From contig CAVWIZ010000001.1 of the NCBI GenBank assembly GCA_963755195.1, positions 969,352-1,033,351 on the forward strand: 64,000 bases of DNA, written 5' to 3'. This DNA is from an uncultured Acidobacteriota bacterium (GTDB lineage Bacteria; Acidobacteriota; Vicinamibacteria; Vicinamibacterales; CAVVIG01). Positions 1-10,520 of this stretch are shown in pieces. The notes beneath the pieces were generated by a model that was given only the letters and a program-made list of their open reading frames with translations, was not told the origin of the DNA and did not search any database. The position numbers and the translations under genes were made by a program. Each line of letters opens with the position of its first letter. Position 1 is the first letter of the stretch.

Positions 1-717
1 CGGAAAGTCGGCTTCGCCATGATAGGAAATCCTTACGCCGTCAACGTGCGGAGCGATCTTCTCACGATAGTAGGCGTTTTCGGCGGCGGCGATGACGAGA
101 CGCAGACCCGACCGCTTGGCGATTTCGATCGCCTGAAGCACCCCCTTACCCTCCGTGAAGCGGCCGAGAAACAGGAGATAGTCGTCTGGCGTCTCGCGAA
201 ACGCGAATTTGTCGGTGTCGATTCCGTGCAGCACCGTGGCCACGACGTTCGCGCCGGCGAGCAGATGCGCCTGTTCCTTCGAGATCGCCACAAACGGCGC
301 CTCGGGATAACGCGACCACAGGGCCGTTTCGGCGGTGCTCGGCGAGTGATGCAGCGTCTGGATGAGAGGCACGGCGCACAGGCGGGTGAAGGCCAGCGAC
401 ATGGGGTAGTACGCGGCCTCGTAGTGAATGATGTCGAATTCATGCGCGCGCTCAACAGCCGCGGCCAGATTCAACATCTCGTAGAGCTCCCACGGCCACA
501 TGTTGTCGTCGTGCCAGTAGCCGTGCGTGTAGATCGCCGACAGCCGCGCCGACGTCGTCGAATCGGCGGTCGCGAAGAGGGTGACATCGTGGCCGAGCGC
601 GACGAGCCCTTCGGTGAGGAGCGACGTCATGGCTTCGACCGAGCCGGACTTGGACGGCGGGATCGTCGTGGCGACCGGCGCGACGTGAGCGATGCGCAGA
701 GGGCGCGGGGCACTCAT
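1..717 (-). CDS. Glycosyltransferase family 4 (partial, runs off left edge)
   Basis: Not in the ORF track. Manual translation from ATG 717 gives MSAPRPLRIAHVAPVATTIPPSKSGSVEAMTSLLTEGLVARGHDVTLFAT...YLLFLGRFTEGKG, typical of GT4. ATGA overlap with the upstream gene. Confidence 0.85.
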   Translation of the reverse strand, partial: MSAPRPLRIAHVAPVATTIPPSKSGSVEAMTSLLTEGLVALGHDVTLFATADSTTSARLSAIYTHGYWHDDNMWPWELYEMLNLAAAVERAHEFDIIHYEAAYYPMSLAFTRLCAVPLIQTLHHSPSTAETALWSRYPEAPFVAISKEQAHLLAGANVVATVLHGIDTDKFAFRETPDDYLLFLGRFTEGKGVLQAIEIAKRSGLRLVIAAAENAYYREKIAPHVDGVRISYHGEADFP

Positions 718-1832
718 GCGCAGGCCTCCTCGACAAGCTTGGCGAGCACTCGCCGCGCGCCGAAGTGCTCGTGCGCGATCTCGGTGGCGCGCCTGGCGTG
801 CCGCTCGTAATCGGCATTGAGACGATCGATGCCGGCGAGCGCCTCCTCCGGGTTCGAGAAGGCCAGCAGGCCCTCGCCGTGCGGCAGGTGCGCGGTCCAT
901 CCCGTGTCCTGGACCAGGGCGGGCCGGCCCGAAGCGAGGTAGCACTCGGTTCGATCGCTGAACCAGCCGGAGTGCGTCGCGACGTACGTGTGCTTGGCGA
1001 CACCGAACTCCGCCTTCGACTCTTGAATGAACGACCGGTAGTCGAAGAGCGAGCGAGAGACGCCCATGGCGTCGACCGTGTGCCATCCGTGCTCGCGCAG
1101 CAGGCCCTGGGGCCCATTGATGGCCAACTCGAAGGGTTGTGACGTGCGCGAGGGCAGGTCGATGAACTTCAGGAATTCCTGATCCTTGTTGCCGCCGACG
1201 TCGGTGAAGCTCTCGATTTGCCACGTCATGACGGAAGTGAAGCGATCGCGCGGCGTGATCGCGGTGCTCCAGTCCTCGATGGTGACGGGCTGCCAGGTCT
1301 TGAGCCACGTGAATGCGCCGGTGGGAATCGGCGACGCCGGCGTGCCGACGTTGGCGCCGAAGGTAAACAGATGATCGAAGCGCTCGAAGAACTCGACGTA
1401 CCACGGCTCGGCCTTGACGATGGCGAGCTGAGTGAACGCGGGGTCGGAATCGATGAAGGCCTTGCGGGGAATCCGAGCGTACTCGTCGCGCCAGAACCAC
1501 GATCCGCCGGAGAGATTCAGAAACAGGTCGGCGTCCGCGCAAAACAGCCGCACGTCGTCTCTGCCGCGGCCGTGATAGGTGCCGTCGTAGTTGACGAACG
1601 CCCAGCGGTCGCCGAAACCAAACGGCTCGAGGGCCCGGTGAATATAGGACGTCCCGTAGGAGGGATCGAGCGCCCTGGTGTTCTGCACCGGGTCGTAGAC
1701 GCATTCGCCCGTGTCTTCGATGTAGAACACGTCGTGGCCGAGGGCGCGCAGCCCCAGCAGATACATCAGCGAGCACCACGTGACCCCGCCGAACGGGTAC
1801 CGCGCGATGATGCCGGCGACGAGGATCTTCAT
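714..1832 (-). CDS. Uncharacterised GT-B-fold glycosyltransferase-like protein
   Basis: N-terminal LGLRALGHDV and C-terminal SDRTECYLASGRPALVQDTG resemble GT-B nucleotide-sugar-binding motifs. Sits in an operon with other GTs. Confidence 0.65.
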   Translation of the reverse strand: MKILVAGIIARYPFGGVTWCSLMYLLGLRALGHDVFYIEDTGECVYDPVQNTRALDPSYGTSYIHRALEPFGFGDRWAFVNYDGTYHGRGRDDVRLFCADADLFLNLSGGSWFWRDEYARIPRKAFIDSDPAFTQLAIVKAEPWYVEFFERFDHLFTFGANVGTPASPIPTGAFTWLKTWQPVTIEDWSTAITPRDRFTSVMTWQIESFTDVGGNKDQEFLKFIDLPSRTSQPFELAINGPQGLLREHGWHTVDAMGVSRSLFDYRSFIQESKAEFGVAKHTYVATHSGWFSDRTECYLASGRPALVQDTGWTAHLPHGEGLLAFSNPEEALAGIDRLNADYERHARRATEIAHEHFGARRVLAKLVEEACA

Positions 1833-1875
1833 GGCAGGACGGGCAGGACAGGTCGGAGGGGTAGGGAGGGCAGGG
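1833..1875. repeat. Degenerate 9-mer tandem repeat (GGCAGGANN) filling the intergenic gap
   Basis: ggcaggacg ggcaggaca ggtcggagg ggtagggag ggcagg. Confidence 0.6.
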
Positions 1876-3714
1876 TCAGCTCCGTACTGCCTGAATCAGC
1901 TCGTCGACACTTTCCGGATCGTCGAGCGACTTGCCGACCGACAGCCGTGCGCACATCCGGCGATAGAGCTGGCTGCTCGCCAACAGATCCGCGTGGCGCC
2001 CCTTCGCGGCGATCTGTCCGCCGTCGAGCACGAGAATGCAGTCGGCATCGCGGACGGTCGACAGCCGGTGCGCGATGACGATCGTCGTGCGTCCGGCGCG
2101 TAGCCGCCGCAGCGCGGAGAACACGATCTCTTCGGAAATCGCGTCGAGCGACGAGGTCGGCTCATCGAGGATGAGAATGGGCGCGTTCTTGAGGATGGCG
2201 CGAGCGACGCTCAAGCGCTGACGTTCGCCGCCGGACAGCCCGCCGCCGGCCTCGGCGATTTCCGTGTCGTAGCCCTTCGCGAGGTGCGAGATGAACTCGT
2301 GCGCGTGCGCCGCACGCGCCGCGGCCTCGATCTGTTCCGGCGTCGCGTCGAGCTGGCCGTAGCGCAGGTTGTCGGCAATCGATCCCGCGAACAGCACCGG
2401 ATCCTGCAGCACGATGGCGATCCGCTCCCGCAGCGACCGGACGCGGTAACTCCGGACGTCGACGCCGTCGACGAGCACGCGGCCGGCCGTCGTATCGTAG
2501 AACCGCGGGATGAGGCTGACCAGCGTGGTCTTGCCGGCGCCCGTCAGGCCGACGAGCGCAACCAGTTCGCCAGGCTTCGCCGTGAAGTTGATGTCGTGGA
2601 GCACCTTCGTGCCGTCGGGGTAGCTGAAGCTCACGCCTTCGAAGCGGATCTCACCGCGCACGTTGTCGGCATCGACGGCGTCCGGCGCGTCGACCGTTTC
2701 CGGCACGAGGGCGAACATCGTCCGCACGCGCCGGGCGCCCGCGATCGCGCCCTGCAACTGTCCGGTGGTGTGGGCAATCGACGACAGTGGGCCGTACACC
2801 GCGCCCAGGTAGCTGATGACCACCGTCAGCGCCCCGACCGAGAGCTCGCCGCGCATCACGTGGATACCGCCCACCACGACGATGAGCCCCGTGCCGAGAA
2901 TGGTGATGGTGCTGACCATGACGGAGAACAGGGATTGCTGCCAGGTGATGCTGATTCGCGCCTGCATCGTCTTCTCGCCGGCGCGCGCGTACCGGTCGGC
3001 TTCGTACGGCTCTCGCGCGAAGCTCTTGACGAGCCGGATGGCCGAAAACGTCTCGTACAGGCGTTCGAGGAGCTTCGACTCGAGCTCCTTCACCCGCTCC
3101 TCGCGGTTCACCAGCGTTGACGTGTAGTACCGCAGACAGAAGTACATGAAGGGCACGACGGCGAGCGACAGCCACGCAATCGTGGAGTCCTTGTAGACGA
3201 GGATGGAAAACATCACGAACAGCGTCGCGAAAGACGTGGCCAGCGGGAAGATGCCGCTCATCACCAGGTTTTCGATCGAGTAGGCGTCCACGTCGACGCG
3301 ATACACGGCATCGCTCGTGCTGGTGGTGATGTGGTGGTGCAGGCCGAGCGCCTGGAGATGGTTGAACAACCGATAGCGCAGGTCGTACACCATCCGCTGC
3401 CCGGTGTCGACCTGAACCTGGGTGCCGTACGCGGACACAAACTGGTTGACGATCTGGAGAACGATGCCGGCGACGACGACGGCCACGAGGAAGACGATCC
3501 GGTTGCTGTAGGTGAGCGCGTTCACCAGCGACTGAACGCGTTCGGGAAATACCGCGCTCCCGAGCACATGGTCGATGGCAATGGCAAGCGGCCAGGGCTG
3601 CAGCGCGCCGAGGCCGATCTCGAGCAGCAACAGCACTGAGAGAAGGGAGACGCGCCGCCGGTGCGGCTTCAGAAACGACAGCATCCACGGCACGAGAGGC
3701 TGCTGGCCGTCCAT
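1876..3714 (-). CDS. ABC exporter, fused permease/ATP-binding (MsbA/NdvA-like)
   Basis: N-terminal transmembrane helices, Walker A GLTGAGKT, signature LSGGERQR, Walker B ILILDE, H-loop IAHRL. Confidence 0.95.
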   Translation of the reverse strand: MDGQQPLVPWMLSFLKPHRRRVSLLSVLLLLEIGLGALQPWPLAIAIDHVLGSAVFPERVQSLVNALTYSNRIVFLVAVVVAGIVLQIVNQFVSAYGTQVQVDTGQRMVYDLRYRLFNHLQALGLHHHITTSTSDAVYRVDVDAYSIENLVMSGIFPLATSFATLFVMFSILVYKDSTIAWLSLAVVPFMYFCLRYYTSTLVNREERVKELESKLLERLYETFSAIRLVKSFAREPYEADRYARAGEKTMQARISITWQQSLFSVMVSTITILGTGLIVVVGGIHVMRGELSVGALTVVISYLGAVYGPLSSIAHTTGQLQGAIAGARRVRTMFALVPETVDAPDAVDADNVRGEIRFEGVSFSYPDGTKVLHDINFTAKPGELVALVGLTGAGKTTLVSLIPRFYDTTAGRVLVDGVDVRSYRVRSLRERIAIVLQDPVLFAGSIADNLRYGQLDATPEQIEAAARAAHAHEFISHLAKGYDTEIAEAGGGLSGGERQRLSVARAILKNAPILILDEPTSSLDAISEEIVFSALRRLRAGRTTIVIAHRLSTVRDADCILVLDGGQIAAKGRHADLLASSQLYRRMCARLSVGKSLDDPESVDELIQAVRS

Positions 3715-6700
3715 CAGCTGGCCTTACGAATCGAACCCCGCGCAGCGGGAACCAGTCCGCGCCGCCCAACCGTCGCCGGGCCGACGCTCAAGAGCGATGT
3801 CGGGATGTTCAGCGCCACGACCTGATGGTTGCTCGAGTCGGCGACGTACAGCCACTGCGTGCCAGGCGCGAACGCCACGCGAGAGGGGGCGCCGAACTTG
3901 ACCCGTCCTTCGCCGCTGACGTTGCGCATGACGCCGCCGACGTCGACAGCGCGGACCGCGCCGTTGAAGGAGTCGGCGATGAAAATCGTCAGCCGTCCGG
4001 GCGCGCTCTCGACGAGCGCGAGCCCGGCCGGCCCCGCCAGGCTCGCCTGTGCGGCCGGGCCGTCGTCGCCAGCGGCGCCGAACATGCCCGTGCCGGCGAT
4101 CGTCGAGATGATGCGCGTCACGGCGTCCACCTTCCGTACGCGGTTGTGGTGCATGTCCGCGATGTAGATGTCGCCGTTCTTGGCTACCTGGACATCGCTC
4201 GGCATGAAGAGGTGCGCATCTACGGCCGGTCCGCCGTCGCCGACCGGGCCGTCGCCTCCGGTCTCGCCGTCGCCCGCCACCGGATGGATGTATCCGGTGG
4301 CGTGGTCAATCATCCGGATGCGGTTGTTCAGCGTGTCTGCGATGTAGATGTCGCCGTTGCGCGCGGTGGCGACGGCATTCGGCCAATTGAGCGCCGCCTC
4401 GACCGCGGGCTTCTCGTCGCCGTCGTAGCCGTTCTTGCCCGATCCGGCAATCGTGATGATCACGCGAGTGGGCTCATCCACCCGCCGGATGCGGTCGTTG
4501 TGCGAGTCGGCGACGATGAGGTCGCCGTCCGGGGCAATTGCCACGCCGTCCGGCGAGTCGAGTTGCGCACTGGTGGCCGGCCCGTGGTCGCCCGAGAAGC
4601 CGTTGGTGCGGTTGCCGACAAACGTGGTGACGTTCAGCCGGCGATCGACGCGGTCGATGACGTCGTTGTTCGAATCGGCGAAGTAGATGTCGCCGTTGGG
4701 CGCAATGGCAATGCCGCCCGGCGTGTTCAGCCAGGCGGAGATCGTCGGTCCGCTGAACGGGTGCTCCCCGCGGCCGCCGATGACGAGCATGACCGCGTTT
4801 GCCGCTTCGCGCAGCATGAACGTGCCGGTCCCGATGCCGACAATCGTCAGGACAAAGATCAGCGCGCTCCTCAGGCCGTAGGTGCGCAGCCGCGACGGCG
4901 AGATGATCGGCGCAAGCGTCGGGCCCGAGCGCATCCTCACCATCCGCTCGGCGAGCGTGACGCGGTCGACGGCGCGCCGTACGATCGCAGTCGCCTGAGC
5001 CGTGCGCCACGCCGTGATGCCGATGACGACGAGGGTGAGGAGGGCGGTTGCCGCGCCTGCCGGAGGCCAGCGCAGCAACACCGCGGTCCGGGCCGCGACG
5101 AGCATGGCGGCGCCCATGGCAACCGCGGTCACGACCCCGAAGGTGGTCGGGCGGAGGTTGGTGCTGACGCGCATCAACGTCTTGCCGCCGTGATCTTCGG
5201 CAAGGGCTCTCACGTCGAGCCAGGCCCAGCGCCCGACGAACACGCTCACGTCGCGATCGTCCGACCAGCCGTCGTCGATCTCGATGGAACGGACCGCGCG
5301 CGAGCGCCGCAGCCAGTCGGTGAGCTGCGACAGCAGCCGGTCCGCCGACGTCCAGGTTTCGCTCCAGAAGCGCTCTTCCGTGACCGTGCCCGACAGCAGC
5401 AGCACGGCGTCAGCGGCTTCGCGGAGCGACGGTCTCGGGCCGCGGCTCGTTTGCGGCTCGGAGAGCGGCAACGTCATTCCCGGGGGCGCCAACAGGCCGC
5501 GAACACGACCGCGGACGCGGGCGAGTGGCTGAATGAAATGCAGATAGGCCACAGTCGCGCGATACCAGAGCCGTCTGCCCGGGAGCGACGACACGTCCGA
5601 ACGTAGGGCGTAGGCCAGATTCTTCGCGACCGTCACGGCGAGGCCAATGAAGCCGGCGCCGAGCAGCAGCGCGGCGGCCCATTGATGTGTACCTATGGCC
5701 GCGACGCCAAGCCCGCCCAGGGTGAGCGCGAACGAGACGACCTGCCACCAGATCGAGTGGGGCATGAACGCGAAGGGATGGACGTCGGCGCGGTAGACGG
5801 ACGGAAAGGCAGCCGTTCCCCAGACGCCTGCGTTGACCCGCGTGCCCCACAGGGATCGCACGAACGGCAGCGGGCTGTAGATGCGGCCGCGCCACAACAA
5901 GTGCCCGTCGAGAAACTTCTCGGGGTGGTGCGCCATCAGCCACGTTTCGCCTTCGCCGTAGCCCACCTGTTGCCGCCAGTACGCCTTGACCGACGTTCGG
6001 TGGTGGTGCCAGACGAGCGCCGCCGACGCGAACCCTATCCGCCAGCCCCGCGCCTGCAGCCGCCAGCACACATCCACGTCGTCTCCGGCGCGGAGGTAGA
6101 TGGGGTTGAAGCCGCCGATCGCCAGCAGCGCGTCGCGGCGGAACGCCATGTTGCAGCCCGGCACATGTTCTGCGATGCGATCGTCGAGCAGCACGTGCGT
6201 CGGTCCGCCCGGTGCGCGCGCGATGCACTGAGCGATGGGTGAATCGTCCTGCGGCACGACGTTCGGTCCGCCCGATCCGACGACGTCCGAATTGAGAAAC
6301 GGCTGGATCAGAAACGTCAGCCAGTCGCGATCGACGCGAGCGTCGGCATCCGTGTACGCCACGATTTCGCCGGTGGCTTCGGCCAGCCCGACGTTGCGCG
6401 CCGCGCTCAAGCCGGCGTTGGGCACGTCGATGACGCGCACGTGCGGGTGAGCGCGGGCGATGTCGCGCGTGCCGTCGCTCGAGCCGTCGTTGACGAGAAT
6501 GACCTCGTAGTCGGGATAGGTGAGCCGATCGAGCGAGGCGAGGCAGTCCTCGAGCGTGTCGGCCGCGTTGTACGCACACACGACGACGGACACTCGGGGC
6601 CAGGCGGCGATGGCCTCGCCGGCAAACGGCGCCTGATCGAAGGCCTGAGCCACGGCCGCGGCGGCGGGTTTGAGCCGCCGCTGCTTGTCGACGAGACCGA

Positions 6701-7547
6701 ACGCCCAGTCTTCCACCGGATGACCGCCGCGCCACCACTCGTCGGTCCACGCGAAGGCAATGGCGCCGCACGCGCCTTCCTCGAACGCCGCGCGGACGTG
6801 CATGGCCGTGATGGAAGCCTGTCCGGCGTCGCCTTCCCGAAACGAGTCGGCGCCCGCTTCAGCCAGCAGCAGCGGCTTGGGACCGGCGATGTGCTGCAGC
6901 CTGGCCAGATACGCGCGCAGCTCGGGTTCGTGGTGCAGGTAGACGTTGAAGGCGGAGACGTCGAAGAACGAGAGGTCGAGAAACTCGGTCGGTGGAAAGT
7001 TGACGTAGGTGAAGAGTGAACCGGGCGACGCAGCCTTCGCGTCCAGGTAGAGCTCGCGCAGGAACCGCTCAACACGCAAGCTGCCGTGCCAGCGGACGAC
7101 GCCCGGCGGAATCTCGTTGCCGAGCGCGAGCATCAGCGTCGCCGGATGACCCGCCAGCTCCCGCACCTGGTAGTTGATCTCGCGGCGAATCAACCGCGTC
7201 AGCCGCCGGTCGTCGAGAAACGCGACGTGCTGCGACCAGGGCAGTCCGACCATGACGTAGAGCCCGTTGCGGGCGGCCTCGTCCAGCAGTTCGATCTTCG
7301 GCGGCGTGTAGGTGCGTACGGTATTGATGCCAAGACTTGCCATCATGCGGAAGTCTTCGGCGACGCGTGCGATCGGCGGAAACTGGTAACCCTGCGCGTC
7401 CGGTGCGAACGTGCCGTACGTGACGCCTTTGATGAGCAGGCGTGTGTCTCCGACGTGCAGGAATTTCCCGTCCGCGACCACGCGCTCGTTCGAGCGCGGG
7501 GTGTCGGGTTGACGCACGTCCGGGACGGCCTGGACTGCGGTGCTCAC
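3714..7547 (-). CDS. Fusion of clan-A glycoside hydrolase TIM barrel, GT2, membrane domain and NHL repeats
   Basis: GINTVRTY, LGNE and LLAEAG in the GH barrel. VSVVVCAYN, DGSSD, TDAD, GCNMAFRR and GDDVD in GT2. Several TM helices, then repeated P.G.A....GDIYIAD..N.RIR NHL units. Start uncertain (GTG 7547 or 7568). Confidence 0.85.
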   Translation of the reverse strand: MSTAVQAVPDVRQPDTPRSNERVVADGKFLHVGDTRLLIKGVTYGTFAPDAQGYQFPPIARVAEDFRMMASLGINTVRTYTPPKIELLDEAARNGLYVMVGLPWSQHVAFLDDRRLTRLIRREINYQVRELAGHPATLMLALGNEIPPGVVRWHGSLRVERFLRELYLDAKAASPGSLFTYVNFPPTEFLDLSFFDVSAFNVYLHHEPELRAYLARLQHIAGPKPLLLAEAGADSFREGDAGQASITAMHVRAAFEEGACGAIAFAWTDEWWRGGHPVEDWAFGLVDKQRRLKPAAAAVAQAFDQAPFAGEAIAAWPRVSVVVCAYNAADTLEDCLASLDRLTYPDYEVILVNDGSSDGTRDIARAHPHVRVIDVPNAGLSAARNVGLAEATGEIVAYTDADARVDRDWLTFLIQPFLNSDVVGSGGPNVVPQDDSPIAQCIARAPGGPTHVLLDDRIAEHVPGCNMAFRRDALLAIGGFNPIYLRAGDDVDVCWRLQARGWRIGFASAALVWHHHRTSVKAYWRQQVGYGEGETWLMAHHPEKFLDGHLLWRGRIYSPLPFVRSLWGTRVNAGVWGTAAFPSVYRADVHPFAFMPHSIWWQVVSFALTLGGLGVAAIGTHQWAAALLLGAGFIGLAVTVAKNLAYALRSDVSSLPGRRLWYRATVAYLHFIQPLARVRGRVRGLLAPPGMTLPLSEPQTSRGPRPSLREAADAVLLLSGTVTEERFWSETWTSADRLLSQLTDWLRRSRAVRSIEIDDGWSDDRDVSVFVGRWAWLDVRALAEDHGGKTLMRVSTNLRPTTFGVVTAVAMGAAMLVAARTAVLLRWPPAGAATALLTLVVIGITAWRTAQATAIVRRAVDRVTLAERMVRMRSGPTLAPIISPSRLRTYGLRSALIFVLTIVGIGTGTFMLREAANAVMLVIGGRGEHPFSGPTISAWLNTPGGIAIAPNGDIYFADSNNDVIDRVDRRLNVTTFVGNRTNGFSGDHGPATSAQLDSPDGVAIAPDGDLIVADSHNDRIRRVDEPTRVIITIAGSGKNGYDGDEKPAVEAALNWPNAVATARNGDIYIADTLNNRIRMIDHATGYIHPVAGDGETGGDGPVGDGGPAVDAHLFMPSDVQVAKNGDIYIADMHHNRVRKVDAVTRIISTIAGTGMFGAAGDDGPAAQASLAGPAGLALVESAPGRLTIFIADSFNGAVRAVDVGGVMRNVSGEGRVKFGAPSRVAFAPGTQWLYVADSSNHQVVALNIPTSLLSVGPATVGRRGLVPAARGSIRKAS

Positions 7548-7590
7548 GTGATGTGGGGTGCCCCCCAAAAAGTCAACAACTACTATTGTA

Positions 7591-8892
7591 TCAAGGATTT
7601 GAAAGGGGGTCTTTCGGGAGGCGGCGGTCGATCTGGCGGATCTTGAGGGCGAGCGCGACGACCACGAGAAGAATCGCGCCGAGCGACACCGCCAGACCCC
7701 GTCGCCGAAACCGAAGCTCGGCGTTGGCGCGATCGCCCGCCACGTCGACGGCCGCCACGCTCTCGAGGCCCTGCGCGACGATGGGCGTCACCCGGGCCGG
7801 GTCGAACGTGTGCATCTCGGTGCGTGCGAGCGTGAGGTGCGAGCGTGCCGTGCCGAGCGCCAGCTCCTGCGCCCCCATTTCCATGCCTGCGTTCTTCAGT
7901 CGCGTCACGACCGCAGTGGACCGCCCGATACCTGTCTTGAGCCGCTCGATCTCGGCGCGCATACGCGTCGCCGCGGCGGCGCCTTTGTCGTCAGTTCCTT
8001 CATGGCACGCTTTGCACAGGCTGCGAGCATCGGTTCCCAGCAGCTCGTCGGACGGCTGGAGCACCGCATGGTTGCCGTGACATTCCACGCAGGCCCGATC
8101 GAAGATCTGACTGTGCACGCTCGCGGCGAACTTCTCCGCAAACACTGCGTGGCAGGAACCGCAGACGTTGACCACCGACCCCACTCCAGGAGGCGTCGCG
8201 CCATGGTTCCCATGGCAGTCGTTACATGTGGGCGCCGACAGGTCGTTTCCTTTCGTCAGCGCGGCGTAATGGACGCTCCGCTGATACAAGGCGAGCTGAT
8301 TCGTGGGCAGCGGTTTCCCGTCGGGGAGCGCGTAGCCCTTCATGTGCGCCGGGTCGGCGTGACAGGCGGCGCACGTGGCGGCCACCCGGGACGGGAACAC
8401 CGGCGATTTGGCGTCGTTCACGACCCTGACACCATGGGCGCCGTGGCAGTTTGCGCAGGTCGCGACGCGCGTGTCGCCGGCCGCGAGCCGCTTGCCGTGC
8501 ACGCTCGTCACGTACTCGGCCGCCTGATCCACCCGCTGTTTTGGTGAGAAGCGTCGCATGAACGTGGCATCACTGTGACAGCGCGCGCATGTGCTGATTT
8601 GCGCCTGCCCGGAGGGCGCGCCTTTGAAGCCTCGCGCCATGTCGTGTGCACGAAGCTTGTCTGTGGCGGCCGGGTCGCCCCCGTGGCAATCGACGCACTG
8701 GAAGCCGCTGACGCGATGGACGTCCTGCTGCGAGAAGGCCGCCGCCGGCGCGGCAAGCCGGGCGTCCTGCAGGTTCGCGTGACACGACGCGCACGCGTTG
8801 GCGGCGGCGGACTGACCCGCGTGGGCTCGTCCGCAGACGAGCAGCAGCAGCGCCGCCGCGAGAACCCGGGATGCATGTGATGCAGTCAGCAC
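7591..8892 (-). CDS. Multiheme cytochrome c (9 CxxCH), signal peptide and C-terminal TM anchor
   Basis: CASCH, CVDCH, CARCH, CANCH, CAACH, CNDCH, CGSCH, CVECH, CKACH. GTG 8892 follows a GAGG RBS. Confidence 0.9.
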   Translation of the reverse strand: MLTASHASRVLAAALLLLVCGRAHAGQSAAANACASCHANLQDARLAAPAAAFSQQDVHRVSGFQCVDCHGGDPAATDKLRAHDMARGFKGAPSGQAQISTCARCHSDATFMRRFSPKQRVDQAAEYVTSVHGKRLAAGDTRVATCANCHGAHGVRVVNDAKSPVFPSRVAATCAACHADPAHMKGYALPDGKPLPTNQLALYQRSVHYAALTKGNDLSAPTCNDCHGNHGATPPGVGSVVNVCGSCHAVFAEKFAASVHSQIFDRACVECHGNHAVLQPSDELLGTDARSLCKACHEGTDDKGAAAATRMRAEIERLKTGIGRSTAVVTRLKNAGMEMGAQELALGTARSHLTLARTEMHTFDPARVTPIVAQGLESVAAVDVAGDRANAELRFRRRGLAVSLGAILLVVVALALKIRQIDRRLPKDPLSNP

Positions 8893-8899
8893 TGGTCCT

Positions 8900-9979
8900 C
8901 TACCTGGCGTATTGCCCGACAATCGTGAACACGACGAGATAGAGCAGGCCGAGAATCGCCAGGGCCGTGAATGCCGGGCTGTTCTTGCCCTCGCTCGCTC
9001 GTCGGTCGAGAAACGGCACACACGCCAGGAACACGGCGACAACGCCGAACGCGATGACGCCGAGGCGCTCGCCTTCGAATCCGAACACGTGGCTCGGGAG
9101 CAGCTTCAGCGTGTGAAACATCGCCAGGAAGTACCACTCCGGTCTGATGCCGGGCGGCACCGCCGCGAACGGCTCGGCCTTCTTGCCGAGCTCCCACGGG
9201 AAGAAAAGCGCGAGCGCCGCGAGCACGGCGAGCGCCACGTACCACGTCAGCACGTCGCGAAGAATGTAGTTGGGGAAGAACGGCATCTGCCGGACCCGTT
9301 CGCCGGGCTTCAGTTGCCGCTCGACGCGCAGCGGGACGCTCATGCCCTGGCGCTGCACGAGCAGCAGGTGCACGGCGACGAGCGCTGTCGTGATGGCCGG
9401 CAGAACGGCCACGTGCAGCCCGAAAAACCGCGACAGCGTCGCGCCCGTCACGTCGTCTCCACCGCGCAGGAGGCGGAGGAGAAACCCGCCGACGAGCGGC
9501 ACCGCCCCCGCGATCCCGGTGCCGACCTTCGTGGCGAAGAACGACAGCTCGTTCCAGGGCAGCAGGTAGCCGCTGAAGCCGAAGCCGATCATCAGAAACA
9601 GCAGCAGGACGCCCGACAGCCAGGTCAGCTCGCGCGGCTTCCGATACGACTTCAGGAAAAAGACACTGAAGAAGTGCGCGAAGGCGGCGCCGATGAGGAG
9701 GTTGGCCGACCAGCTGTGGAGGTTGCGGATGAGCCACCCGAAAGGCACTTGGGTCACGATGAATTGCACGCTTTCGTACGCCTCCGCCGCGGCCGGCCGG
9801 TAATACAGCAAGAGGAGGATGCCGGTGAAGACCTGGACGGCAAACAAAAAGAGCGTGAGGCCACCCAGGTAGTACCAGATCTCCTGAGCGTGGATCGGCA
9901 CACCTTTCTCCGCGACGAAGTGCTTCAGCGCGCTGAGGTCAATCCGCTCGTCGAGCCAGGCGACAACCTGCTGAACCAT
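8900..9979 (-). CDS. Cytochrome b subunit of a Rieske/cytochrome b complex (unsplit)
   Basis: YYLGG, heme ligands in RNLHSW...AHF and GLHV...VHL, GYLLPW, PEWY. Confidence 0.93.
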   Translation of the reverse strand: MVQQVVAWLDERIDLSALKHFVAEKGVPIHAQEIWYYLGGLTLFLFAVQVFTGILLLLYYRPAAAEAYESVQFIVTQVPFGWLIRNLHSWSANLLIGAAFAHFFSVFFLKSYRKPRELTWLSGVLLLFLMIGFGFSGYLLPWNELSFFATKVGTGIAGAVPLVGGFLLRLLRGGDDVTGATLSRFFGLHVAVLPAITTALVAVHLLLVQRQGMSVPLRVERQLKPGERVRQMPFFPNYILRDVLTWYVALAVLAALALFFPWELGKKAEPFAAVPPGIRPEWYFLAMFHTLKLLPSHVFGFEGERLGVIAFGVVAVFLACVPFLDRRASEGKNSPAFTALAILGLLYLVVFTIVGQYAR

Positions 9980-10000
9980 ACGTGTGCGCACCAACCGTGG

Positions 10001-10504
10001 TCACACGGCGCGCGAGACGACGATGTCCTCGTCGCCGGATTCGCCGCGGACGTTGACGACGTATTGCTCCAGATTGCGCGGCGGTGGCCCCGAGACCACC
10101 TGGCCGGCCAGATCGTACAGGCCGTTATGGCAGGCGCACCAGATCTGAGACGTGTCCGTCTTGAACTGCACCGTGCAGTCCAGATGGGTGCAGACTGCGC
10201 TGAACGCCCGCAGCTCGCCTTCGGCCGTCCGGACGACGATGGCGGGTTTGCTGCCGAATGGGAAGATGAGGCCGGTGTTGGACTTCAGCGCGGCCGCCTT
10301 CGCTGCCACGACCGTGCTCGTGGCCGCTTCGCCGCTCGGCGGAGGGACGAGGAACCGGGCGACGGGATATGCGATGGCGGCTGCCGTCGAGACGAACCCG
10401 ACGGTGAGCAGGGCATCGAGGAAGGTGCGTCGGTCGAAATCGACCGGCCTTCGTCCGACCGGAACGTCGGCAAGATGTGTCAGCAGGGAGATGCTAACAT
10501 GCAC
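10001..10504 (-). CDS. Rieske 2Fe-2S protein with Tat anchor (start uncertain)
   Basis: DRRTFL twin-arginine motif, CTHLDC and CACH boxes, GPPPRNL. Confidence 0.9.
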   Translation of the reverse strand: MHVSISLLTHLADVPVGRRPVDFDRRTFLDALLTVGFVSTAAAIAYPVARFLVPPPSGEAATSTVVAAKAAALKSNTGLIFPFGSKPAIVVRTAEGELRAFSAVCTHLDCTVQFKTDTSQIWCACHNGLYDLAGQVVSGPPPRNLEQYVVNVRGESGDEDIVVSRAV

Positions 10505-10520
10505 GGGCCGGGAGGCTTCC

